A DNA stretch of 64,000 nucleotides from Anaerolineales bacterium (GTDB lineage Bacteria > Chloroflexota > Anaerolineae > Anaerolineales > UBA6663). Both the position numbers and the translations under genes were made by a program. The stretch lies in contig DATDRS010000326.1 of NCBI GenBank assembly GCA_035291605.1, positions 14,406-78,405 on the forward strand, given 5' to 3'. The notes beneath the pieces were generated by a model. It saw only the letters and a program-made list of their open reading frames with translations. It was not told the origin of the DNA and did no database searches. Positions 47,715 through 56,436 of this stretch are shown in pieces. How positions within the stretch are numbered: the stretch's first letter is position 1; each line of letters opens with the position of its first letter.

Positions 47715-49150
47715 CGCGGGCCGACCACCACAACGCCGAGGCCAACAAAACGCTGGACTTCGAGGAGGCGCTCCGGATGTGCGGCAAACCAGTCGGCGAG
47801 CGGCGACTGGACGAGCGGATCGAATGGCGTGGTCTTGCTGAGGCCGTGGTTGGTGTCGTGCGGACTGCGCAGGAGGACGAGCGTGAGTTGATCGGCGGCC
47901 TCGACTGTTTCCGGCGAAGCCTGACCAGCGGCCTCTCCCGATGGGCGATAAGGCAGCAGGCCAAGCAGCGCCTCACCATCCTGCGCCAGCAGAGGGGCGC
48001 CCGGATACTGGGCCGCGATGAACTGTGCCGCTCCCCGCCAATCTTCTTTAGCATAGCGCGGGCTGATAAACAACCGGAGGCTGGCCGCCAGCATTCCTCC
48101 GCACAGGGCCAATGCGCCGGCAGCAAATAAGACGCGCGACCAGGCGGCGCGCAGCGCGGCGAGGCGAGCCAGCCCCGCGCCGAGCAACAGCACGAATGCG
48201 ACGATTTCCGGGATGAAGAACCGATCAATATAGGCCGGGAGACGGGATGACAACAGCCAGGCCATGAGCATGGGCAGGAAGAGCCACCAGAGCAACAGTG
48301 GTCTAGCTGCCGCCCCGCGCGGGCCGGCCGCGCCACACGGACGAAGCCCGGCCGCGAATACCATCACGCCTGCCAGAGCCGCCAGGATCCCGAGCCAGGT
48401 CAGTTGGTCGCCGTCGGCGCTGAGAAAGTTGAGCAAGGTCCTCATGGGCGCAAGTACGCCGATCTTCGGGATCCAGGCATTCCCGGTGAGGGGCTGGCGG
48501 CGCAGGAGAAAAGCCAGGATGTATAGTCCCGTGGGGAGGGCGGCTAGCGTCTGCCAGCCGAACCAGCGCCGGAACAGCCAGGGATTGCGCCGGAAGTTTG
48601 CGAGGAGGTATCCCATCTGGGCAAAGGCGAAAAGGGCCGAAGCATAGTGCGTGAGATATAGCGCGGCGCTCGCCAGCACGAAGAGCCATGGCCCGCGTCC
48701 CCGTTCAGCCCAGCGCCAGAACCCCCACAGGGCTAACGCGGCAAACAGCAAATAGAAACCGTAAGGGCGCGCGTCGCGGGCATACCACACGGCAAACGGC
48801 GAGAGCGTAAGCAAGGCCGCCGCCCATAGCCCCGTCTCACGCCCGAACATGCTCCGGCCAAGACGATAGCTCACCGGGACAGCCAGAATCCCTGCGAGCA
48901 GCGCCACCAAACGCAAGACGAACTCGCTTTTCCCCAGCCACGGAACGGAAAGCCGCGCGACGACATAGTACAGCGGCGAGGTGTCGCTGATGAGGAGCAT
49001 AACGCCCCAAATGTCGCGCCAAGTAGGGAGCATGAGATACCAGGTGTAGGCCTCGTCCAGCCAGAAACTCTCGCGGCCCAGGTCGTGCAGGCGCAACCCA
49101 AGGGCCGCGAGCAAAATCGCCGTGAGCCAGCGCCCATCACGCCCCCTCAC
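47711..49150 (-). CDS. GT-C-type membrane glycosyltransferase-like protein (family 39/PMT_2-like)
   Basis: LRLHDLGRESFWLDEAYTW is typical of the ArnT/PMT_2 N-terminus. GTG at 49150 overlaps the upstream TGA (GTGA). The ORF is open further but overlaps the upstream gene. Confidence 0.7.
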   Translation of the reverse strand: MRGRDGRWLTAILLAALGLRLHDLGRESFWLDEAYTWYLMLPTWRDIWGVMLLISDTSPLYYVVARLSVPWLGKSEFVLRLVALLAGILAVPVSYRLGRSMFGRETGLWAAALLTLSPFAVWYARDARPYGFYLLFAALALWGFWRWAERGRGPWLFVLASAALYLTHYASALFAFAQMGYLLANFRRNPWLFRRWFGWQTLAALPTGLYILAFLLRRQPLTGNAWIPKIGVLAPMRTLLNFLSADGDQLTWLGILAALAGVMVFAAGLRPCGAAGPRGAAARPLLLWWLFLPMLMAWLLSSRLPAYIDRFFIPEIVAFVLLLGAGLARLAALRAAWSRVLFAAGALALCGGMLAASLRLFISPRYAKEDWRGAAQFIAAQYPGAPLLAQDGEALLGLLPYRPSGEAAGQASPETVEAADQLTLVLLRSPHDTNHGLSKTTPFDPLVQSPLADWFAAHPERLLEVQRFVGLGVVVVGPR

Positions 49151-50658
49151 GGCGTCACCCTCCGGTACACCGCCGCCACCGGGTCGCTGTACACGGCGAG
49201 CCAGCCGTCGCGCGTGAGCGCATCGCTCAACAAGGAATTCGACTCGACGATGACGAGATTCACGCCATATTTGTCCAGCGCCGCCTGATAACCGGGCCGC
49301 CCCAGCGAGATGTGGAGATACTCGCGCAGGAAGGCATCGTCGTACAAATCCGTGCGGCCATCCACGTAGACCGGATAATCGGGATAAAGCGCCCAAGCCA
49401 GGTACGCGCCGAAGTTATACGCGTTGAACAACGGGCCGGGTGGGCGCACACGCCGCACGTAGTCTGCCGCGCCAACCGGCAGGGTGCGCGCGATCTCGGC
49501 CTCGTTGACCGACGGCTGCAGCGGGATGAGCACTTTGAGGAGCGCCGCCAGCGTGACGACGCTCAGCAGGATCCAGTTCACGACGATGGCGCGCTGGTCG
49601 GCGATCTCGGCGGAAGGCGCCGTCCACGCGGGGAGCCGCTCCCGGATGTCCGCCCAACCCGCAGCGACGTGGCGCGTGACCACGGGCGGCGCGACGATGG
49701 CGAGGAGCGCCACATTCCGCCCGGCGAGAAACCCGAGATAAGCCACGCCGGTCACCAGGAGCAGATCGGTCAGATTCACACGGCGGCGTGAGAGCCCGAT
49801 CGCCGCGAGCGTAGCAAACAACAGCCACAGGAAGGGCTGCGCCTCGCGCCGATGGAAATCGGGCGTTTGCCACTCTTGAATGAAATCCCGCAACACGCCG
49901 ATGGAAACCGTCTTGAACGGATAGAGGAGCATCGCCGGGCCGGAGGGGTTGAGCATCACGGCGACGGCGCAGGCCAACCCGATCCCGGCCAGCCACGCCA
50001 GGCCGGGCAGTCCCACGTCCCCGGTATGACCCGCGGAGGGCACAGACGGTTCGCCCTGAGCACGCCCGGCCGTCAACACGCGCCAGACCAATGCCAGCGC
50101 CTGCCCGGCCAGCGTCAGCGCAATGAAGATGAAGCCAATCGCAAAGCCGCCGTGCGCGTTCGCCCACAGCGCCATGAGCGGCGGCAGCGCCCACAAGCGG
50201 TTGACGCCCCGCCAGCGATAGAGATGCAGGATATACGCAAACGCCCCGGCTAGGAGGAACGAGACGATGTGCGGGCGCGCCGCCCAGTACACGCCGGAGG
50301 CCGCCGCCGCCAGCACCAGCGTAAAAGCCTTCAAGAAAGGATGCCCCTCGCAACTCCGATGGACAAAGACGAAAGTCAACGTGACACACACGGCGGTGAA
50401 CAGGTTCAATCCGGCATAACTGAAATTTGCAAACAGCCAGTACATGGGGACTTCGACCAGCCAGCCGGGGTACTTCCAGTCTGCGCCCGCGCGGGTGTGT
50501 GAGAACGGGTCAGTCAGCGGCACGGCCCGATGCTCCAGGATCCATTGACCAGCGCGCAGATGCCACCACGTATCGGTATCCGCCGAGACGCGCGTGGCCA
50601 TGGCAAAGACGCCGACGAACGTGATCGCGGTGATGAGCCGGGAAGTAGTGAGCTTCAT
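49147..50658 (-). CDS. GT-C-like polytopic membrane protein
   Basis: SADTDTWWHLRAG acidic loop after TM1, about 12 TM helices, C-terminal soluble domain. Confidence 0.55.
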   Translation of the reverse strand: MKLTTSRLITAITFVGVFAMATRVSADTDTWWHLRAGQWILEHRAVPLTDPFSHTRAGADWKYPGWLVEVPMYWLFANFSYAGLNLFTAVCVTLTFVFVHRSCEGHPFLKAFTLVLAAAASGVYWAARPHIVSFLLAGAFAYILHLYRWRGVNRLWALPPLMALWANAHGGFAIGFIFIALTLAGQALALVWRVLTAGRAQGEPSVPSAGHTGDVGLPGLAWLAGIGLACAVAVMLNPSGPAMLLYPFKTVSIGVLRDFIQEWQTPDFHRREAQPFLWLLFATLAAIGLSRRRVNLTDLLLVTGVAYLGFLAGRNVALLAIVAPPVVTRHVAAGWADIRERLPAWTAPSAEIADQRAIVVNWILLSVVTLAALLKVLIPLQPSVNEAEIARTLPVGAADYVRRVRPPGPLFNAYNFGAYLAWALYPDYPVYVDGRTDLYDDAFLREYLHISLGRPGYQAALDKYGVNLVIVESNSLLSDALTRDGWLAVYSDPVAAVYRRVTP

Positions 50659-50712
50659 GAATAGCCAATAAGCAATTGGCGCCTGAACGGATGCAGCGGA
50701 GGTTTTAGGCGC

Positions 50713-52335
50713 TTATTGAGAGCAACAGTCCCTTCCCAGGCCCAACTCTTCAGGAATGACTTTGCGCGAGAGAGCATAGAAGACGTGGAAGTCGCCGATC
50801 TGCTCTTCCTCAAAGGTCACGCCCAGGGTGTGCAGGCCCGTGCGGATGCGTTCGTCCAATTGGGGGTGGAGCGTTGTGATATACGCCGCCTTTGGGCTGG
50901 CATCCGCTGCCTGCGAGTACGGGAGATAGCGATTGTAGCGCGTCGTGTAATTGAAGTTGAGATGATAAGGCAGGCGGGCCGCGTAGAGCAATTCTTCGCC
51001 GCTGAGGAACGCCAACGGGAACTCCACCCAGTAGTTGGTGTAACCGCGCGTTTCGCCATGCTCACGCAAAAACGCCATCACGGCCGGAAGCTCACGCTGA
51101 TCCACCTGCGCGACTCTATCGAACTGCGTGGTGAGGCCCGGCGGGAAATCCGCCGCGCTCTGCGCCGTGCCCCAGGCGTTGAAGGCGATGACGCCCAGCG
51201 CCAGCGCGTTCACGAGCCAACCGCCCACCGGGGATTCGGCCCAGCGCAGATGACGGCGCAGTTTGGACAGCATCTCGGCCATAAGCAGGGCCAGCGGTGC
51301 TGCCAGCGGCAGGAAATACCGGCCCGAGGGGTCCGCGCCGAAGGGCGTGAGGATGAATGCCCCAACGAGCGTCAGGCAGACCCCGATAAGCAACCAGCGT
51401 TTGACCCAGACCGTGTCGGGCGGGCGGGCCGGGTAAACCACGCGGAGGATGAACGCGACGACGGCCATATTGATCGCCAAGGCAAAAGGCGCCAGCGGCA
51501 GAGCAAGAAACTGCGCGCTCCACGGCGGGCGCATTCCCCAGATCACCGTGAGGCCTAGCAAGAGAAAGTTGAACAGATGCTGGAAGATCGCAAACACGGG
51601 ATGGCTGGCGGAGGCCCCGGCAATGGCCGCGCCGCCCAGTTCGGTCATCGTCGCTGCGCTATGCGTCCCTGTAAACCAGAGCCAGGGCGAGGCCCCGGCG
51701 GCAAAACCCAGGCCGGATAACAGCCAGTCGGGCATGCGCCAACGCCGGGCGGCGAACACATAGATGACCGTCGGGAGCAGGTAAACGCCGATCAGCGGGA
51801 ACCCCCAGAACCCAAGCCCGCTGAGAAAACCGAGGGCCAGCCATTCTGCCCCACGCCGTTTCCCTTCCGCGAGGCGCAGCGCCATCAAAAGCACGAGGTT
51901 CCCGATCAAAAGCGCTTCGCCGTATCCGCCGAGCGAGGCTGTAGTGTAGAGCGTGACTAGCACGCTGGGCACGGCGAGGAAGAGCGCAGCGGCGCCGGCG
52001 ATCCAGCGGCTCGCGTAGATTCTAAGTCCGAGCCAATAGGTGGTGAGGATCACGCCCAGATACAGCACGGACTGCACGCCGCGAATGGCAAGCACGGATT
52101 GACCGAAGAGCGCGAACGCTCCGGCCACCAGCCAGGCGTCGAGGCTGCCGAGATAAGCCTGCCCGTAGAAGAAAACCGGGCGCTCGCCCTGCAGGATGTG
52201 CCGCCCCATCAACGCGACCACGGCTTCGTCGGCGTTGAAAGGCACGACATCAGCGTAGAGCAATGCGGCTTTGAGCGCGACGTTAATCAGCAAGGCGCCG
52301 AGCAACGGCCCATCCGTCAGGTCGTTTTTCCTCAT
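50713..52335 (-). CDS. GT-C-type membrane glycosyltransferase-like protein (ArnT/PMT_2-like)
   Basis: PFNADEAVVALMGRHILQGERPVFFYGQAYLGSLDAW is typical of the family. First gene of the minus-strand array. Confidence 0.7.
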   Translation of the reverse strand: MRKNDLTDGPLLGALLINVALKAALLYADVVPFNADEAVVALMGRHILQGERPVFFYGQAYLGSLDAWLVAGAFALFGQSVLAIRGVQSVLYLGVILTTYWLGLRIYASRWIAGAAALFLAVPSVLVTLYTTASLGGYGEALLIGNLVLLMALRLAEGKRRGAEWLALGFLSGLGFWGFPLIGVYLLPTVIYVFAARRWRMPDWLLSGLGFAAGASPWLWFTGTHSAATMTELGGAAIAGASASHPVFAIFQHLFNFLLLGLTVIWGMRPPWSAQFLALPLAPFALAINMAVVAFILRVVYPARPPDTVWVKRWLLIGVCLTLVGAFILTPFGADPSGRYFLPLAAPLALLMAEMLSKLRRHLRWAESPVGGWLVNALALGVIAFNAWGTAQSAADFPPGLTTQFDRVAQVDQRELPAVMAFLREHGETRGYTNYWVEFPLAFLSGEELLYAARLPYHLNFNYTTRYNRYLPYSQAADASPKAAYITTLHPQLDERIRTGLHTLGVTFEEEQIGDFHVFYALSRKVIPEELGLGRDCCSQ

Positions 52336-52356
52336 GCGACGCTAGCGCCTCCCCCA

Positions 52357-52385
52357 TTGTCAGGCTGCACCCCGCCCTCTATAAT
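52357..52385 (+). promoter_or_regulatory. Near-consensus sigma70 promoter TTGTCA-17-TATAAT, 7 nt upstream of ATG 52393 (leaderless candidate)
   Basis: Hexamers at 52357-52362 and 52380-52385. There is no SD between the -10 box and the ATG. Confidence 0.65.
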
Positions 52386-52392
52386 CTCCTGC

Positions 52393-53949
52393 ATGCTTCG
52401 TCGTCTTGCCTCCTTTGGGCCATACCTGATTGCAACCGCCGCTATCGTCGCGCGCATTCTGCCCACGCCACGCACCATTGACGATGCCTTCATCACTTTC
52501 CGCTATGCGCGCAACCTGCTCGCCGGGTTGGGCTTCGTCTACAACCCCGGCGAGCACGTGCTCGGCACGACCACCCCCCTCTACACTCTGCTCATCGCAG
52601 CGCTGGCAGGCCTCACGCGCTCGAACCATTACCCCTGGCTTGCGCTCTTGGCCAATGCGCTGGCGGACGGACTGACCTGTCTGCTTCTCGTGAGGCTGGG
52701 AGAAAAACTTAGCGGGCAGCGCATCGTCGGATTGAGCGCCGGTCTGTTGTGGGCCGTTGCGCCGATGAGCGTGACCTTTGCCGTCGGTGGGATGGAGACC
52801 TCGGTCTTTATCCTGCTCCTCATTCTGAGCGCCGATCTCTACCTTGCGGGTCGCGCCCGCTGGGCCGCGCTGGCCTCCGCGCTGCTGTTGCTCACCCGGC
52901 CGGATGGCGTGTTATTCGTCGGGCCGGTGCTCCTCGACCTGCTCTGGCGACAGTGGCGCGCGCGAAAATGGCCGTGGGCCGAGGCCGGCATCTTCCTCGC
53001 GGCGCTGGCGCCCTGGGCCGTTTTCGCCGCGGTCTATTTTGGCTCCCCTATACCCCACTCAGTCTCCGCTAAATCCCTCGCTTACCATCTCAAGCCCGGC
53101 GGCGCCCTTTTCCGGCTGCTGCAAAACTATGCCTCGCCCTTCTTCGAGCACCTGGTTTTCTCGAACTTCTACCTCTTGGTCGGCTTTCTGATCGCCTATA
53201 TCGCTCTCGCCGTCATCGGCGGCCTCCAGGGCGCTCGCCGCAACTCGCGGGCATGGCCCATTACGTTTTACCCGTGGCTCTATCTCATTGCTTTCGCCGC
53301 CGCCAACCCACTCATCTTTCGCTGGTACCTCGCGCCGCCGCTGCCGTTTTACTTTCTGCTCATCCTCACCGGCTTATCCAAAATCGCCGCCGACTTATCA
53401 GCGGCCGTCCACTCCCTACGCGACGCCCCACGTTTCATCCCCCGTCCCGCGTCCTTTATCCTTCTGCCTGCTTCCTTCTTCTTCATTCTCTCCCTCAACG
53501 CATGGACTCTCCACCCCGACCACGGCCCGGCCTACCCCGCGCCGGACATAGCCTGGCACCAACTCGAACTGTACTATACGGAGGTGAGTCAGGGACTTGC
53601 TCCGTACGTGACGCCACAGACAGTCCTCGCAGCCGGAGATGTAGGCGCGCTGGGCTATTACTCCAACGCGCGCATCCTCGACACAGTTGGATTGATGTCA
53701 CCCGAGGCTGCGGCCTACTACCCTCTCCCCCCGGCGCTCTACGCGCTGGATGTGTACGCCGTCCCCCCACAATTGATTCTCGATCGCAAGCCGGACTACG
53801 TGGCGCTCCTCGAAATCTACGGGCGCCGGGGGTTGTTTGTTGACCCTGTGTTCTTGACTGAGTATCAATTGGTCACAAAGATCCCGACCGACATTTATGG
53901 CAGTGATGGTTTATTAGTCTGGGCCCGCCGCGATCTCCAGGCACGATGA
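52393..53949 (+). CDS. GT-C-type polytopic membrane protein, paralog family A (DDAFI / YARNL / TTPLY / GMET / RPDG motifs)
   Basis: Shares five ordered motifs with 42451-43926. ATG at 52393 is chosen because the longer ORF (from 52099) overlaps the divergent gene and the promoter. Confidence 0.65.
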   Translation: MLRRLASFGPYLIATAAIVARILPTPRTIDDAFITFRYARNLLAGLGFVYNPGEHVLGTTTPLYTLLIAALAGLTRSNHYPWLALLANALADGLTCLLLVRLGEKLSGQRIVGLSAGLLWAVAPMSVTFAVGGMETSVFILLLILSADLYLAGRARWAALASALLLLTRPDGVLFVGPVLLDLLWRQWRARKWPWAEAGIFLAALAPWAVFAAVYFGSPIPHSVSAKSLAYHLKPGGALFRLLQNYASPFFEHLVFSNFYLLVGFLIAYIALAVIGGLQGARRNSRAWPITFYPWLYLIAFAAANPLIFRWYLAPPLPFYFLLILTGLSKIAADLSAAVHSLRDAPRFIPRPASFILLPASFFFILSLNAWTLHPDHGPAYPAPDIAWHQLELYYTEVSQGLAPYVTPQTVLAAGDVGALGYYSNARILDTVGLMSPEAAAYYPLPPALYALDVYAVPPQLILDRKPDYVALLEIYGRRGLFVDPVFLTEYQLVTKIPTDIYGSDGLLVWARRDLQAR

Positions 53950-54194
53950 GCGATTAGCCGATACCGTAGCCATGCAGGCATAAAACGGGTCTTGACCTCT
54001 CGCCTGTCATCCCGCCATATTTTACCAGTCTGCGGCAGCCGTCCATCACATTCCTCGCCGTCATCTACATGCGCGTCATCGGTGGAACGTTCGCTGCGGC
54101 CGTCGAGAGGCTCCGCCCGGCAACCTCGTTCCCCCATTCCTCCGCGCCCACATCGCTCCCGAAATGGCTCGCGCTTTGCGCAACGGGCGCAATC

Positions 54195-56387
54195 TTAGGG
54201 GCCGCGCTCCGCAAGGGAATCTTCCACCGCCTGCGCGGCCTCCAGTTGCCCCAGCGTTCTCTGCCACGCGACCAGCGTCTTCAGCCTCTCGACCAAGGCT
54301 GGCGGATAAGTCGGTATCGCCAGTCCCGGCGCGAGATTCGGGCGCAAACTCTCACGGATAAACAGCAGCCAGCCGTAATTGGTCCCAGGGCTGTGTTCAA
54401 CTGATGCTGGGTAAGCTTCCCAGGCCATCGCATACCATTGAACCGCTGCGGCTAAATCATCCCTCGCCGCCGCCAGGTCGCCGCGCAAGAATTGTAGAGC
54501 CACCGGGTCGGCCTCTCGTGTCGCCGCGGCATACTGAAGCAAATACTCGGCCGGCGCGAAATCGCCTCGCGCTGCTTCTATTTCGGCCAGTTGAACAATT
54601 TGAGCGGCGGTGAGGCGGCGGGCTGCAAAACCGGTGCTCAGTCGTTCGCGGTCAGCCTGCAGGGCGGCAGCCTCCAGCCGCTTCCCCATCAATTGCGCAA
54701 TGCGCACGTCGAGCAAATCCGCCTCGGATAACGGCGCGGCCGGTTCCGGTTTGCCCAGCCAGGCGGCCTCGGTTCGGCGATAAACTTCCGTTTCTGGGGC
54801 GAGCGAACGCGCATGAGCCAGGGATTCCAGGGCGGCCGCTTGATCGCCCATGGCCCACTGTGCGGCGGCGAGATTGGCCCAGTTGATCGAATAACCTGGC
54901 TCACGCCTCAGCGCAATTTGGTAGAGGCTTACCGCCCGGGCCGGATCGCCCATACGCTGGGCCACATACGCCGCCTGCAGTTTCGCAAAGGTTGAGAGGG
55001 GATCACGCCGCACAGCCTCATCGAGCTGAATCCTTGCCGCCGGCCACTGCCCCTGGTTGCCTAATTCAATTCCCCGGTGCAGAGGCTGATAGGCCCAGAC
55101 CGACCAGACGCCTAAACCGACCACGGGGATCATCAGCAGGCCGTGGCGCCGCCCTCGTCCGCTCACAGGCATCACCATCGCTGCCATCCACGCAGCCAAC
55201 ACCATAGCTGCAGGACTGACATAGGGCGTCTCGAAAAGACTGTGCACCAGATTCGCGCCCAGCGATGCCAGCGACGCCATCTGCCAGAGCTCATCGCCTG
55301 CCTCCCCTCTCATCAGATGGCGGAAGGGAATGGCGCGTCCAAACTGCGCCAGCATGAAGACGGCGGCGCCCAGGCCGAGGAGGCCGGTTTCGGCAAGGAG
55401 GTTGTGGATCACGCCATGCGCCTGGTTGTAAATTACAGATGGCGGGACCTGCCATACGGGGAGGAAGGCGGAGGCGAAGGTAAACAACCCTTGCCCGGTG
55501 ACCGGCGAGCGCAAGAAAACCTTCCACGCCGTGTCCCAGTAATAGCCGCGTGCGTCGGCCAGTGTGGCCCCGTGAGAGGCATGCTCCACCAGCCGCATAC
55601 CGAATACAACCACCGCCGCCGCCGCCGCCGTGCCAACCGCTGCCGCCAGCCGACCAACCGGATGCGCGAGAACACGGCGCGCGAAGGCCCATGCCATTCG
55701 TCCTTTAAACGCGGCAAAGATCGCGCCCCCGGCTGCCATGCCCAGCCAGCCGCCGCGGGAGGAGGTATAAAGCATTGCCACCCCCGCCCCGGCCAGCGCC
55801 AGCCCCATCAGACTCTTGAGCCAGAGCCGGCGCGTCTCAACCATCTCCGCCAGCAGCAAGGGCCAGAGGAAATTCAGGCCGGTGGCCGTGGGGTTGGGCG
55901 CGGACACGCGGAACGACACCTGCGGCAACAACCCCAGCGCCAGCCAGTCGCGCCAGAAAGCGATCACCTGCCCGAGCGCGAGGCAGACGACCACCAGCGT
56001 GGAGAGATAAATCGCGCGCCCCATCAGCCTCCGGCTGAGACCTTCGGCTATGCCATCTACCGTGACCCAGTAGACGCCCGCCCACACCGCGCCCAGCCAC
56101 ACGCCGGCCGCGCTCCGTCCCGGATCAAGCGAGAAAACGGCGCTGACCGCCGCCGCGCCCAGACCAAGCAGGATCGCGCCGTCGAGCGGGGTCCGGGCGA
56201 AACCGCGGCCACGCCGGATGCGCCAGGCAAACCACGCGGTCAGGCCAACAGCCATCAACCCGACCGACAGCACGTTGAGTGAAAACGAGACCAGGCCGTA
56301 ATAAGCGCCCCCTCCCCACAACAAATAGGCCACCGCCAACACGAGCCCCACGCGGGCGGCGGCGGGGGCAAAGTTGAGTGGTCGCAT
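54195..56387 (-). CDS. O-antigen ligase/polymerase-like (Wzy_C) membrane protein fused to C-terminal TPR repeats
   Basis: Polytopic N-terminal 430 aa with LYTSSRGGWLGMAAGG (Wzy_C-type loop). C-terminal 290 aa has TPR-like Ala/Leu/Tyr helical repeats. Confidence 0.7.
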   Translation of the reverse strand: MRPLNFAPAAARVGLVLAVAYLLWGGGAYYGLVSFSLNVLSVGLMAVGLTAWFAWRIRRGRGFARTPLDGAILLGLGAAAVSAVFSLDPGRSAAGVWLGAVWAGVYWVTVDGIAEGLSRRLMGRAIYLSTLVVVCLALGQVIAFWRDWLALGLLPQVSFRVSAPNPTATGLNFLWPLLLAEMVETRRLWLKSLMGLALAGAGVAMLYTSSRGGWLGMAAGGAIFAAFKGRMAWAFARRVLAHPVGRLAAAVGTAAAAAVVVFGMRLVEHASHGATLADARGYYWDTAWKVFLRSPVTGQGLFTFASAFLPVWQVPPSVIYNQAHGVIHNLLAETGLLGLGAAVFMLAQFGRAIPFRHLMRGEAGDELWQMASLASLGANLVHSLFETPYVSPAAMVLAAWMAAMVMPVSGRGRRHGLLMIPVVGLGVWSVWAYQPLHRGIELGNQGQWPAARIQLDEAVRRDPLSTFAKLQAAYVAQRMGDPARAVSLYQIALRREPGYSINWANLAAAQWAMGDQAAALESLAHARSLAPETEVYRRTEAAWLGKPEPAAPLSEADLLDVRIAQLMGKRLEAAALQADRERLSTGFAARRLTAAQIVQLAEIEAARGDFAPAEYLLQYAAATREADPVALQFLRGDLAAARDDLAAAVQWYAMAWEAYPASVEHSPGTNYGWLLFIRESLRPNLAPGLAIPTYPPALVERLKTLVAWQRTLGQLEAAQAVEDSLAERGP

Positions 56388-56436
56388 AGGGAGGTAAGTA
56401 ATGAGATGGCGTGAGAAGAGCCAGGACGAGCCGGGG

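Noticed and set aside
52099-52392. N-terminal 98 codons of the 616-aa ORF
   Set aside because: This part overlaps the divergent GT-C gene (to 52335) and a near-consensus promoter at 52357-52385. The hydrophobic protein proper begins at ATG 52393.
53895-54198. Small ORFs 53992-54198 (+) and 53895-54137 (-) in the convergent gap
   Set aside because: The products are R/S/P- or R/D/G-rich with no SD or promoter, and one overlaps the 3' end of the GT-C gene. I treat them as non-coding.
55143-56282. 379-aa ORF antisense to the O-antigen-ligase-like gene; similar cases at 61073-62104, 36336-37649, 15477-16370 and 49415-50389
   Set aside because: The products are extremely Arg/Pro/Gly/His-rich with no TM or domain signature, and each lies opposite a gene with clear family motifs.
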